NCBI GenBank assembly: GCA_965240325.2 | Contig: OZ251234.1 | Coordinates: 1,984,001-2,048,000 of the forward strand | Reading direction: 5' to 3' | DNA length: 64,000 nucleotides | From: Rebecca billardiae RCC1528 | Taxonomy: Eukaryota; Protista; Haptophyta | In this document: positions 55,739 to 64,000 of the stretch, piece after piece | Layout: each line of letters opens with the position of its first letter | How positions within the stretch are numbered: position 1 is the first letter of the stretch | Translations under genes and position numbers: made by a program | Notes under the pieces: model-generated | What the model saw: the letters and a program-made list of their open reading frames with translations, nothing else | Told to the model about the DNA's origin: nothing | The model's database searches: none

Positions 55739-57290
55739 ATGGGGGCGGGGAACCTGTACAGCGCGGTGATGGGTGCGGGGCTTGCGTACTTCGTCTTCGT
55801 CTTCACCAATGGCAACCCGACGCAGCACGTGGAGAAGCTCTTCAAGATGATGCGCCAGGGCATGGCGGGGAAGGAGAGCGTGGCCGCGTTTGACAAGGTG
55901 TACCAGAGCGTGGACGGGAACACGCAGCACGGCGCGTACGACGGTGACGTCGCGCGCAGCTTCTACAACCTCGCCACCGAGTTCTACGAGTACGGCTGGG
56001 GCGACTCGTTCCACTTCGGCACGCGCGCGCGCCACGAACCGCACGCCAAGTGCATCGCCAACTCGCAGAACTTTGTCGCGACGAAGCTGCAGGTGGGTGA
56101 CATGGACAACGTGCTGGATATGGGCTGCGGCATTGGCGGCCCGCTGCGTGGCGTCGTGCGCGCGACCGGGGCCAACGTCACCGGCCTCTCCATCAACGAG
56201 CACCAGATCATGCGCGCGAAGGAGATCACGCGCACGCTCTCGCCGTGGATGCAGGAGCGGTGCCACTTCATGGTCCAAGACTACCTCGACGTGAAGGGGC
56301 TGCCGGAGAACTACTACGACGCGGCGTTCTACATGGAGTCGTCGCTCCACTGCGAGGACCGCACGAAGACCTTCAAGGAGGCGTTCCGGCTGCTCAAGCC
56401 GGGCGGCCGCCTCGTCGCCATGGAGTACTACACTCTGCCCGGTGCGCGCGCACCGCACCGCCGCGCACCGCCGCACCGCACCGCGGGCGCGCGCGCGCGT
56501 GGGCGCCGAGCGGGCGGCTGCGCCACGCCGCCGTCGGGCAGCGCGTGCGCGAGCGCGGCGGCGCACCCGGCGCTCTGTGCGCGCTGAGCCGCCCCTCTCC
56601 GCGCCGCCCGCCTCCAGGCTGGGACCCGAACAACGCGGAGCACAAGGAGCTGATGCGGCGGCACCTTTACGGCAACGGCGCGGCGCGCACGCCTTCCATC
56701 GAGGAGGGGCTCGGGCAGATCCGCGCGGCGGGCTTCGAGGTGAAGGAGCACTTCGACCTGATGGCGTACCAGGAGGCGATGCACGGCGACGACGCATGGC
56801 CGTGGTGGGCCGACCTGCAGTTCAACTGGGCGCCGCACCTGCTTCCGGTGCGCGCGCCGCGCCGCGCCGCGCTCCGCGCGCCCGCGCGCCCGTCGGTGCG
56901 CGGGCGGCCGCTGCCCGCCCGTCGCGCGCCGCGCCGCTTCGCTGACTCGCGTGCGCGTACGCCGCGTCTCGCGCCGGCGCAGGCCCACCCGTGGGTGCGC
57001 AAGCCGCTGCCTGTCATTCTTGGCGCGCTCTCCAAGATTGGCCTCGTGCCCTCCGACGTGCCCAAGGTGGGCGCGGCCCCGCGCGGCCCCCCGCTGCCCA
57101 AGCGCGCCCGCGCCCGCGCCGCGCCGAGTGCGCGCGCCGCGACCGGCGCTGAGCGCGCGCGCCCTCCTCACGCGATGTGCCTCAGGCGGCCGACCTGATG
57201 AACGAGGGCGGCGACGGCCTGTCGGGCCTCGGCAAGGTTGGCGCGATCACCCCGCAGTACTACGTGCTCGGCATCAAGCCCAAGCACTAA
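55739..57290 (+). CDS. SMT1: Sterol 24-C-methyltransferase; exons 55739-56441, 56618-56847, 56983-57066, 57186-57290
   Basis: FYNLATEFYEYGWGDSFHF, LDMGCGIGGPLR, MESSLH, FRLLKPGG and TPQYYVLGIKP; spliced length 373 aa. Confidence 0.92.
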
Positions 57291-57842
57291 GCGCTCGCCA
57301 CACGCGGACGGGCGTCTGGCGCGCCCCGCCTCCACGCAGCCTCGCACGGCCTTGGCCGCTGACGGCCTCCTCACTCACGCCGCAGATCACGCACACCCTT
57401 GCGGCTCAGCCTGCGATCGCAGCGGCTGCTTTCTTCTGATGGACGACGCGCAGGCTTACATACACGGCTTGATGACGACGAAGGCGCACCTCTCGACGGC
57501 GGCACGACTGACGAGCTCCGGCTCACCTTCGGGCTCCGCTCATCTAACATCTAGCATCCGCGCCATCAGTCCATGGCTTGATGCGTTGATGCGCGGGGCG
57601 GATCATCATGTCACTCAGCGGATCAGAATGCATATTCATCAGATCATCTAGCTATACTGCTAAGAGTAAGACGACGACGCTCTATAATTGATGATGTATT
57701 ATAATACAATAATTATATAATATATAAATATTATTCTATATGACTCAATGAGTGATGACACGTACTATGTGTATATATATACTCACCCAGCACGGTAGTC
57801 ATCAACGCGCGCAGTATTAGCCAACCGTGTCCAGCACTGTCA

Positions 57843-59528
57843 TCAGCGCAACAGGCGCCGCCTACCGGCACTGTGACTGCGCCTCGCCGCGGCGAGCCCG
57901 CGGTCGGCGCTCGCGAGCGCGCCCTCGATGCCGGCCACGTACGCGTCGTACAGCTGCGGCGTGTAGCACAGGTGCGTGCAGTCGCAGCACATGGACCGCT
58001 TCGGCTGCTTGCGCGCCCGGCCCCTCCCTTTGCCCCGCGGCGGCGCGATGTTCGCCCGGATCGCGCCCCCGCACTTGTCGTCCGCGTTGTGCATGTCGTG
58101 CCGCGGCTTGGTGAGGGCGTAGAAAGGCACGATCGGCACGCGCCCGCCCGCCAGCTCGCGCGACGCGTTGGCGATCACCGCGTTCTCGTCGAGCACGTGG
58201 TTGTTCTGCGAGACGATCGGCGAGTGCGCCTTGCACTCGCACGAGCGCGCGCGCTCCGCGCCCGGCGTGTACACGCCCGTGCCGGGGAAGTGCTGCGCGG
58301 TCGTCTCGCGGAGCATCACGGACACACCGCGGCGCGCCTCGCCCGCCGTGGGCGCGCTCGCGCTGAGCTGCCGGAAGAGCCGCTCCATGTCCGACCTGTA
58401 GCTGTCGAGGAGGTCGCGGCGGTAGTGCAGGCCGTAGTTGAGCAGCAGCACGTCGCACGACTCGAGCAGCCACGAGATCATCGTCGCGTTGTACTTGTAC
58501 ACGCCGACGAACACCATCGCGCCTCCAAGACTGGTGCCGAGCGCCTGCCCACAGCACGACATGCGGTGCCGCCGGCCCCACTGCCGCCACTTGACGAGCT
58601 GCGCGCGCGTGGCGGAGCTGTTCTCGAGCCCCTCGCGCTGCACGGCGCACTTGATCCCGCGGAAGTCGAGGTTGCTCACCGAGTCGCCCGCGACGATCAT
58701 CGTGCGCGACCCCAGCCGGCGCACCAGCTCGCGCGTGCGCGCATCCTCCTCGCGCGCGTGCGGCAGGTGCGGGTCGTAGGTCGGCCAATCGGCGTACGCC
58801 TTGCGCGCGCGGCACTCCTTGGCGGTGAGCATCGCCATGTTGGCCTCGTTGATGATGCACGGCGGGTTGCGGTCGCAGCTCACGAGCACGTCGGCTGGCT
58901 TGAGCGCGCTGCACTGCGCCTCGACGAGCGAGCGGTTGGACGCCTCGACGCTCGGAGGCCACGGGCTCTGTGCGCGCGCGGCGCTCGGCTGCGGCGCCGC
59001 GCTGTGCGGCTGCACCCCAGAGCTGGCCGCTGGGCTCTGCGGCGCCACGGAGCGTGCGGGCGCTTTGGCCGTGCGCGAGGTCGATGGTCGGCCGGTGAGG
59101 GCTGGCGGATGGCGCCGCGGAGCGCTCGCAGCGCGTGTCGGCGCCGGCTGCGCGCGCGGCCCGGGCTGCGGCCGAGCCGGCCGTGCCTCGTGCTCTGCCG
59201 CACTGGACGGAGCAGAGGGCTGTGGGCGGTCAGGCCACGCCCTTGGCATGCGCAACGGCTGCGCAGACGATGGCCGTCCGCGCTCTCCATCGGGCCTCAG
59301 CGTTGACGCCGCAGCACTATCGGCGGCAGCAGGGAGCGGAGTTGGATGCGCAGCCCTCGGCGCGTCTGAGCGTGCCGCCGGCGCCGACTCGGCCCGGGGC
59401 AGCGGCTGGCGAAGATCGCGCACACGCGTGTCGCCCAGCCTCGTGGTCAGCCCGACCATGCTCAGCATGAGGAGCGTCACACACAAACAGCCGATGACGT
59501 CGCGTTGGGATTCTCGCGCGGTCGCCAT
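57843..59528 (-). CDS. Type II membrane SGNH/PC-esterase (TBL-like O-acetyltransferase or esterase)
   Basis: TM helix VIGCLCVTLLMLSMVGL, Pro/Ala stalk, AGDS, LNYGLHY, RETTAQHF and DCTHLC. The ORF extends upstream to 59636, but that start would overlap the next gene. Confidence 0.8.
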   Translation of the reverse strand: MATARESQRDVIGCLCVTLLMLSMVGLTTRLGDTRVRDLRQPLPRAESAPAARSDAPRAAHPTPLPAAADSAAASTLRPDGERGRPSSAQPLRMPRAWPDRPQPSAPSSAAEHEARPARPQPGPRAQPAPTRAASAPRRHPPALTGRPSTSRTAKAPARSVAPQSPAASSGVQPHSAAPQPSAARAQSPWPPSVEASNRSLVEAQCSALKPADVLVSCDRNPPCIINEANMAMLTAKECRARKAYADWPTYDPHLPHAREEDARTRELVRRLGSRTMIVAGDSVSNLDFRGIKCAVQREGLENSSATRAQLVKWRQWGRRHRMSCCGQALGTSLGGAMVFVGVYKYNATMISWLLESCDVLLLNYGLHYRRDLLDSYRSDMERLFRQLSASAPTAGEARRGVSVMLRETTAQHFPGTGVYTPGAERARSCECKAHSPIVSQNNHVLDENAVIANASRELAGGRVPIVPFYALTKPRHDMHNADDKCGGAIRANIAPPRGKGRGRARKQPKRSMCCDCTHLCYTPQLYDAYVAGIEGALASADRGLAAARRSHSAGRRRLLR

Positions 59529-59626
59529 TATTTTGTTCTGGAGCGCAGCGGCGCCCTCCCGACCGGTGAACAACTCAGATTGGAGCTGGAGATCGCCCGG
59601 ACCGGTCATGCCACCAAGCGGAAGGC

Positions 59627-61033
59627 ATGGCGGCATTGCCGCTCGACGCGGACGCGGATGAGATCGCTGCCGCGCTCACCGAGCTGGTGGCGCGGGCGTG
59701 CGACGAGGTCCTTCCCCGTGCGATGACCGAAGCGATCATGCGCGTACCTAAGGACGCGGTGCGCCCGGCGCGCCGCTGCGGGGCGCACGACTACGAGTGT
59801 CGCGCGCCGGGCTCAGCATTCCTCAGGCTGAGACGCGGGCGCGGCGACGCCGCTGTCGAGTGGGTCACCACGAGCGATCTGGGGCTCGAACGGCGTTGGC
59901 GCTTCGAGAGCGCGGAGGCCCTCGCGCAGGCTATCGCCGACCGTCTCGAGATCGGCGCCGCCGCAGGTGTGGGCAGCACGCTCGCGCACGTGCGCGCCGC
60001 CCCGGATGGGCGGCTGCAGCTCACGACCATTGCTCAGATGGCGAGCCAGCGCGCGCGCGGCTGGCTTCACTGCGCGGCGTGCGGCCGGTTCCTCAACGGC
60101 GAGCGCGGCCTGCGCGACCACCAGCTCGTCGCGCACGCGGCCACGTACGAGCACGCCCTCGACTCCGTCGAGCAGAGCCGCAGCCAGCTGGTCAGATACG
60201 CGCCTCTGCTGCTGCACGCGCGCGCGGCCGACGGCGCGGCCGCGGCTGGCGGCAAGGCGGGCGGCCCCGCTGCGCTCGACCCCGGGCTGTGCGCCGCGCG
60301 CGACGGCGACCTCGCCGCGCTCATGGCGCTGCGCGCGGCGGGCTGGGACCCGCGCGCCGTCGCCGACCGTCACGGCTCGACCGCACTCCTCTGGGCAGCG
60401 GGCGGCGGCCACCTCGACGTGTGCCGCTGGCTCGTGCGCGCGTGCGGCGTGGACGCGGCGGAGCGGCAGAAGCGCGACGGGAGGTGCGCGCTGCACTGGG
60501 CGGCGCGCAACGGCCGCGTGGCCGTGTGCCGCTGGCTCGTCGACGAGCAGCGGCTCGACCCGGACACGCCGACGCGCGATGGCACGGTCGCGCTGCACTG
60601 GGCGGTGTGGCAGCGCCAGCTGCCCGCGGTCGAGTACCTGGTCGCCGAGGCCGGCGCGAATCTGCATGCGGTCAACGCGTTCGGCTGCAACGCCATCCAG
60701 TGGGCCGCGCAGTCCGGCGACGTGCGCATGTGCGAGTGGCTCCGCGCGCGCGGGCTGGACGTGCGGCTGCTCAACCGCAACGGGCACAGCGCGCTGCACA
60801 AGGCGGCGATCAAGGGGCAGCGCGCCGTGTGCGAGTGGCTCGTCCAAGTGGCGGGGCTGGGCGCCGCGCAAGTGCGGGCCGACGCGGACGGCAACACGCC
60901 GGCGCGGATGGCGCGATGCGAGGGCCACGCCGAGCTCGCGGACTGGCTGGCAGACGCAGCGCGCCGACTCACCAGCGGCCCCGACCCGGATTGTCACAAC
61001 GACTACTCAGGCAATCGTGGGCGGTGCCAATAA
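59627..61033 (+). CDS. Ankyrin-repeat protein with a C2H2 zinc finger and an N-terminal ArgRS-N-like domain
   Basis: CAACGRFLNGERGLRDHQLVAH; about 6 ankyrin units (GSTALLWAAGGGH, GRCALHWAARNG, GHSALHKAAIKG, GNTPARMARCEGH). Confidence 0.85.
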   Translation: MAALPLDADADEIAAALTELVARACDEVLPRAMTEAIMRVPKDAVRPARRCGAHDYECRAPGSAFLRLRRGRGDAAVEWVTTSDLGLERRWRFESAEALAQAIADRLEIGAAAGVGSTLAHVRAAPDGRLQLTTIAQMASQRARGWLHCAACGRFLNGERGLRDHQLVAHAATYEHALDSVEQSRSQLVRYAPLLLHARAADGAAAAGGKAGGPAALDPGLCAARDGDLAALMALRAAGWDPRAVADRHGSTALLWAAGGGHLDVCRWLVRACGVDAAERQKRDGRCALHWAARNGRVAVCRWLVDEQRLDPDTPTRDGTVALHWAVWQRQLPAVEYLVAEAGANLHAVNAFGCNAIQWAAQSGDVRMCEWLRARGLDVRLLNRNGHSALHKAAIKGQRAVCEWLVQVAGLGAAQVRADADGNTPARMARCEGHAELADWLADAARRLTSGPDPDCHNDYSGNRGRCQ

Positions 61034-62132
61034 GGAGCTGTCACGTGAAGAAACTGGGGCTTGCTATCTGCGGATCTGGTCTAGAAACTGAGACTAGCGA
61101 TTGGCTTGTTCGCTATATATATATACGCATAGTCACACGTACTACTAGTACTAAGTGAAACCGGGACTACGCGTCGCCCGCGGCCGATATGAGTCGGGTG
61201 GCGCCGAGGGCCCGCTAGGCGCAGTGCCCGTGGGACGCGGCGCCGCGGCCCGACCGTACTACTACGACGACGGTACAGGCCAAGTGGCAAGTCCCGACTG
61301 CTGAGTCTCCTGATGACTGACTCCTGGCCAGTGCACCGCAGCATCCATGCGACATCATGCCATATTTGCTCCAAAATGGCCCAAAACTTTCTTCGGCCTC
61401 GCCGGCCGGGCCAAAATAAAGACTCAGCCCGAGTCAGCGCGGGGGGCTCTGTCCCCGGCTGATGCGCCCCCCGCGTCAGCCTGCGCGGCGGGCGGACCTA
61501 GCTAAGAAACTGAGACTCCGTAGGCGCTCGGGCTACCGAACGGCTAAGAAACCGAGACTAGCCGTGAGATCTCTGACGACTTCTTATATTGCCCGCGATT
61601 GCCTGTAGTTGCCGCCGTTGTTTATATATATATAATTGGGCGGCGGCGGTTAATACTTAATGCGGGCTGATTCCCGGGCGCGGTTCCCGGTTCCGCGTTA
61701 TTTGCGCGTGTTATATTGATGACGCGACGCGTCAATATAATATCGGCGGCTGATCGGACTGCGCATGTAACTCAGTACATGCATCGCGATCGATGCAGCA
61801 TGATGTATATGAGTCGGTGACGGTAGACCAGGCGGGCCGCAGTCGGCCGAGCAGTGGCGATGCCACTCGATCGACACGCGGCGACGGTGGCAGCGCGCAG
61901 GCGGCGCAGTCGCCGCGTCCGATCGGATCCGACCGCCGGTGCCCCGGTGCTTTCGCGTCGTCGCGCACTATGTAAGACTATGAGACAGTTAGACTCTTCA
62001 TCATTATATATATATTCAGCAAAGACTCGCGTCGCAGCGACGGACGCTGCTATAGCTAGCGACGCCGCGCACGGCGCGGGCAGCGGTGAGCGGATGGCGG
62101 CAGACCACGTGTATGCACGGCCCCGTGGCAGC

Positions 62133-63650
62133 CTAGCGTGATGAGGCCCCGCGTCCTGCCAGCAGCTGTGCGCGTAGTTGTGCCACACGGTTGCTGCTGG
62201 GCGCTACCGCCGGCACCGTCGCCGACGGCGCAGTATTAGCTCCCGCCCGGTCGGCAGCCTCTTGCCGCGGCGCCACCCCCAGCTCGGTACGAGCCCTTGT
62301 CACCGATGGCCTGCACGGCTGCGATCTGTCAGCGGCGGCAGTGCTGCTGGCAGCAGCGGCCGCAGGAACGTCCGGTTCAGCGGCCGCGCGCCCCGGGCTG
62401 CCGCCAGGCGCGGCCGAGGCACCGCCGACGTGCGCAGCATGCGATCCGGCCGCAGCGCCGTGCAGCGATGCGGCGGCGTGCGGCGCAGGGTGCGGCCCAG
62501 CGCTCGCCCCGCCGACGGAAGAGGCAGGCCGAGGGGCGTGCGGCCTCGGTGCGGCAGCGCGGCGCGCGCTCTGCGTGGGCGTCACGGACGTGCTCCCCTT
62601 CGCCTTGCGCCTCGGCGCGGCACCCACCGCGCCGCCAGCACCCACCGCCGCGCCACCGGCACGCCGCTTCGCAGTCGGCCGCAGGCCAAGCCTCAGAGCC
62701 CACGAGCGGAGGAGACAGAGCCGGCGCGCGTGGGCGTGCGCGCTCGCGCAGCCGCGCAGCCGCAGCCGAGCCGCTGAGTGGCTGCTTGGCGGCGCAGCCG
62801 GTCCGCGCCTGCGCTCGCCCCCGCCCCCGAGCCACTCATGCGGCCTCGGTGCAGCGCTGGGCGGCGCGCAGCTCGCGAGCTCGGGCGCAGGCGCCGATAC
62901 CGCCGCTGCCGGCGCGGCGGCGGGGAGCGGCAACGCGGCAGCGTGAGCAGGAGGCGCGGAGACCGGCGTGTTTCCATCCGCCCCAACGGGGGCATCCTCT
63001 GTGTGTTGCTGCCGCGTCGGCTGCTGCCACTGCACCGCCGCGCCACCATCAGCGGCGGCGGTGCCGTCGCCGCCGCCGGCTGTGCGCGGCGCCAGGCCTG
63101 CTGCGGGTGCGGGCCCCGCGGGCACAGCCGGCACAGCCGGCACGAATGCCTCGCCCACGTCCTCATCGCGCGCTGTGGAGAGGAGGGCGGCATCGACCGG
63201 CACGCTGAGGCAAGCGGGGGCGTCTCCCGCGGGCGTCACGGGCAGTGCGGTACTGTCCGCCGCCGCCGCCGTCGCCGCCGCGGGCGCGAGCGTCTGCTCC
63301 ACGCATGCGCACAGCGTGACGAGCCTGCTCACGCACGCGAGCGACACGAGCGCGAACGGCATGAAATACGACTGGGCGAGCAGGTCTTCCACCTCGCAGA
63401 ACGCCGCGCGCATCAGCGCTTGCGCACGCTGCAGAGTCGGGAGCATCAGCTCGATGGCAGCTGTGCCCGCCGCGGTCGCATCAGGCGGAGGCGAAAGCGC
63501 CAGGGCGCGCGAGAGCTGCCGTCGCGCGAGATCGAGCTTGCGGAAGTAGAGCGCAGGGCCATGCTGCCGCTTGGAGCACGAAAGAAGGGCGGTGAAGATG
63601 TCGTGCTCGTGCCGAAGCGCTGCGACGGCTTCGGCGGCGGCCATCATCAT
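62133..63650 (-). CDS. Nepro/Rmp1-like (DUF4477) protein with long low-complexity tail
   Basis: LRHEHDIFTALLSCSKRQHGPALYFRKL...LLAQSYFMPFALVSLACVSRL resembles the DUF4477 pattern (kNQHr...yf; FxxxalvxxaxxsR). Confidence 0.6.
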   Translation of the reverse strand: MMMAAAEAVAALRHEHDIFTALLSCSKRQHGPALYFRKLDLARRQLSRALALSPPPDATAAGTAAIELMLPTLQRAQALMRAAFCEVEDLLAQSYFMPFALVSLACVSRLVTLCACVEQTLAPAAATAAAADSTALPVTPAGDAPACLSVPVDAALLSTARDEDVGEAFVPAVPAVPAGPAPAAGLAPRTAGGGDGTAAADGGAAVQWQQPTRQQHTEDAPVGADGNTPVSAPPAHAAALPLPAAAPAAAVSAPAPELASCAPPSAAPRPHEWLGGGGERRRGPAAPPSSHSAARLRLRGCASAHAHARRLCLLRSWALRLGLRPTAKRRAGGAAVGAGGAVGAAPRRKAKGSTSVTPTQSARRAAAPRPHAPRPASSVGGASAGPHPAPHAAASLHGAAAGSHAAHVGGASAAPGGSPGRAAAEPDVPAAAAASSTAAADRSQPCRPSVTRARTELGVAPRQEAADRAGANTAPSATVPAVAPSSNRVAQLRAQLLAGRGASSR

Positions 63651-63928
63651 TCTCGCGATGCTTGGGTCCCCCGGACCAATCAGTGACAATCGCAACGTGG
63701 GGAAGCGCTGCCACTGGCCATGCACGATTTGCATGGATGCCGTTCAACGAATCAGAGCACGGCTGGGCGAAGGGCTTGGCCGAAAGCACCCGCGCGGCGT
63801 GCGCCGACGACGCGCGCGACGCGGAGCGGCCGACCCAGGGGCCGACTGCTACCCGGGCGGGCGGCACCCGCCAGTATCGTGCTCCACCGCCTCCATCAGA
63901 GCAGCTCCTCTCCGCTCGTCAACGCTCG

Positions 63929-64000
63929 ATGGCGGCCGTGCTCAACGGCACCGTCGGCGTGTGCTGGGTGTTGGTGTCGTACGCGGCCGAGTGCGGGCTG
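63929..64000 (+). CDS. Possible 5' end of a gene cut by the window edge
   Basis: ATG GCG opens MAAVLNGTVGVCWVLVSYAAECGL with GC-ending codons, divergent from the Nepro-like gene. Confidence 0.35.
   Translation, partial: MAAVLNGTVGVCWVLVSYAAECGL

Overview
Eukaryotic nuclear DNA, very GC-rich, with short GC-rich spliceosomal introns (mostly GTGCG...CAG, one GC-AG). It is most likely a pavlovophyte haptophyte (Pavlova/Diacronema type), judged from a Pavlova-like Delta9-elongase and signal-plus-transit plastid presequences. Positions 1-17 kb are an accessory, repeat-rich zone holding decayed coding fragments, tandem and foldback repeats, MITE-like elements and two intronless exostosin/GT47-like genes of atypical composition. 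Positions 17-64 kb are gene-dense and largely arranged as divergent pairs: EF-hand protein/IDI, FATP, 2OG-Fe(II) oxygenase, Delta9-elongase/FNR-like reductase, mRNA cap methyltransferase, a CaaX-ending kinase, a repeat protein spanning a 200-N gap, a Hint/Hog protein, OGG1, plastid PNPase/Ubc6, CTP synthase, mS34/sterol methyltransferase, PC-esterase/ankyrin protein and a Nepro/Rmp1-like protein. Best leads: (1) a secreted knottin plus (SP)n stalk fused to a Hedgehog-type Hint autoprocessing domain; (2) an intronic H/ACA snoRNA with two apparent 18S guide pockets; (3) CTP synthase with an extra ubiquitin/UBX-like N-terminal domain; (4) an ArgRS-N-like/C2H2/ankyrin protein; (5) a recurring signature of templated micro-insertions in intergenic repeats. 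Gene models were spliced by eye and family calls come from recalled motifs; no database searches were run.
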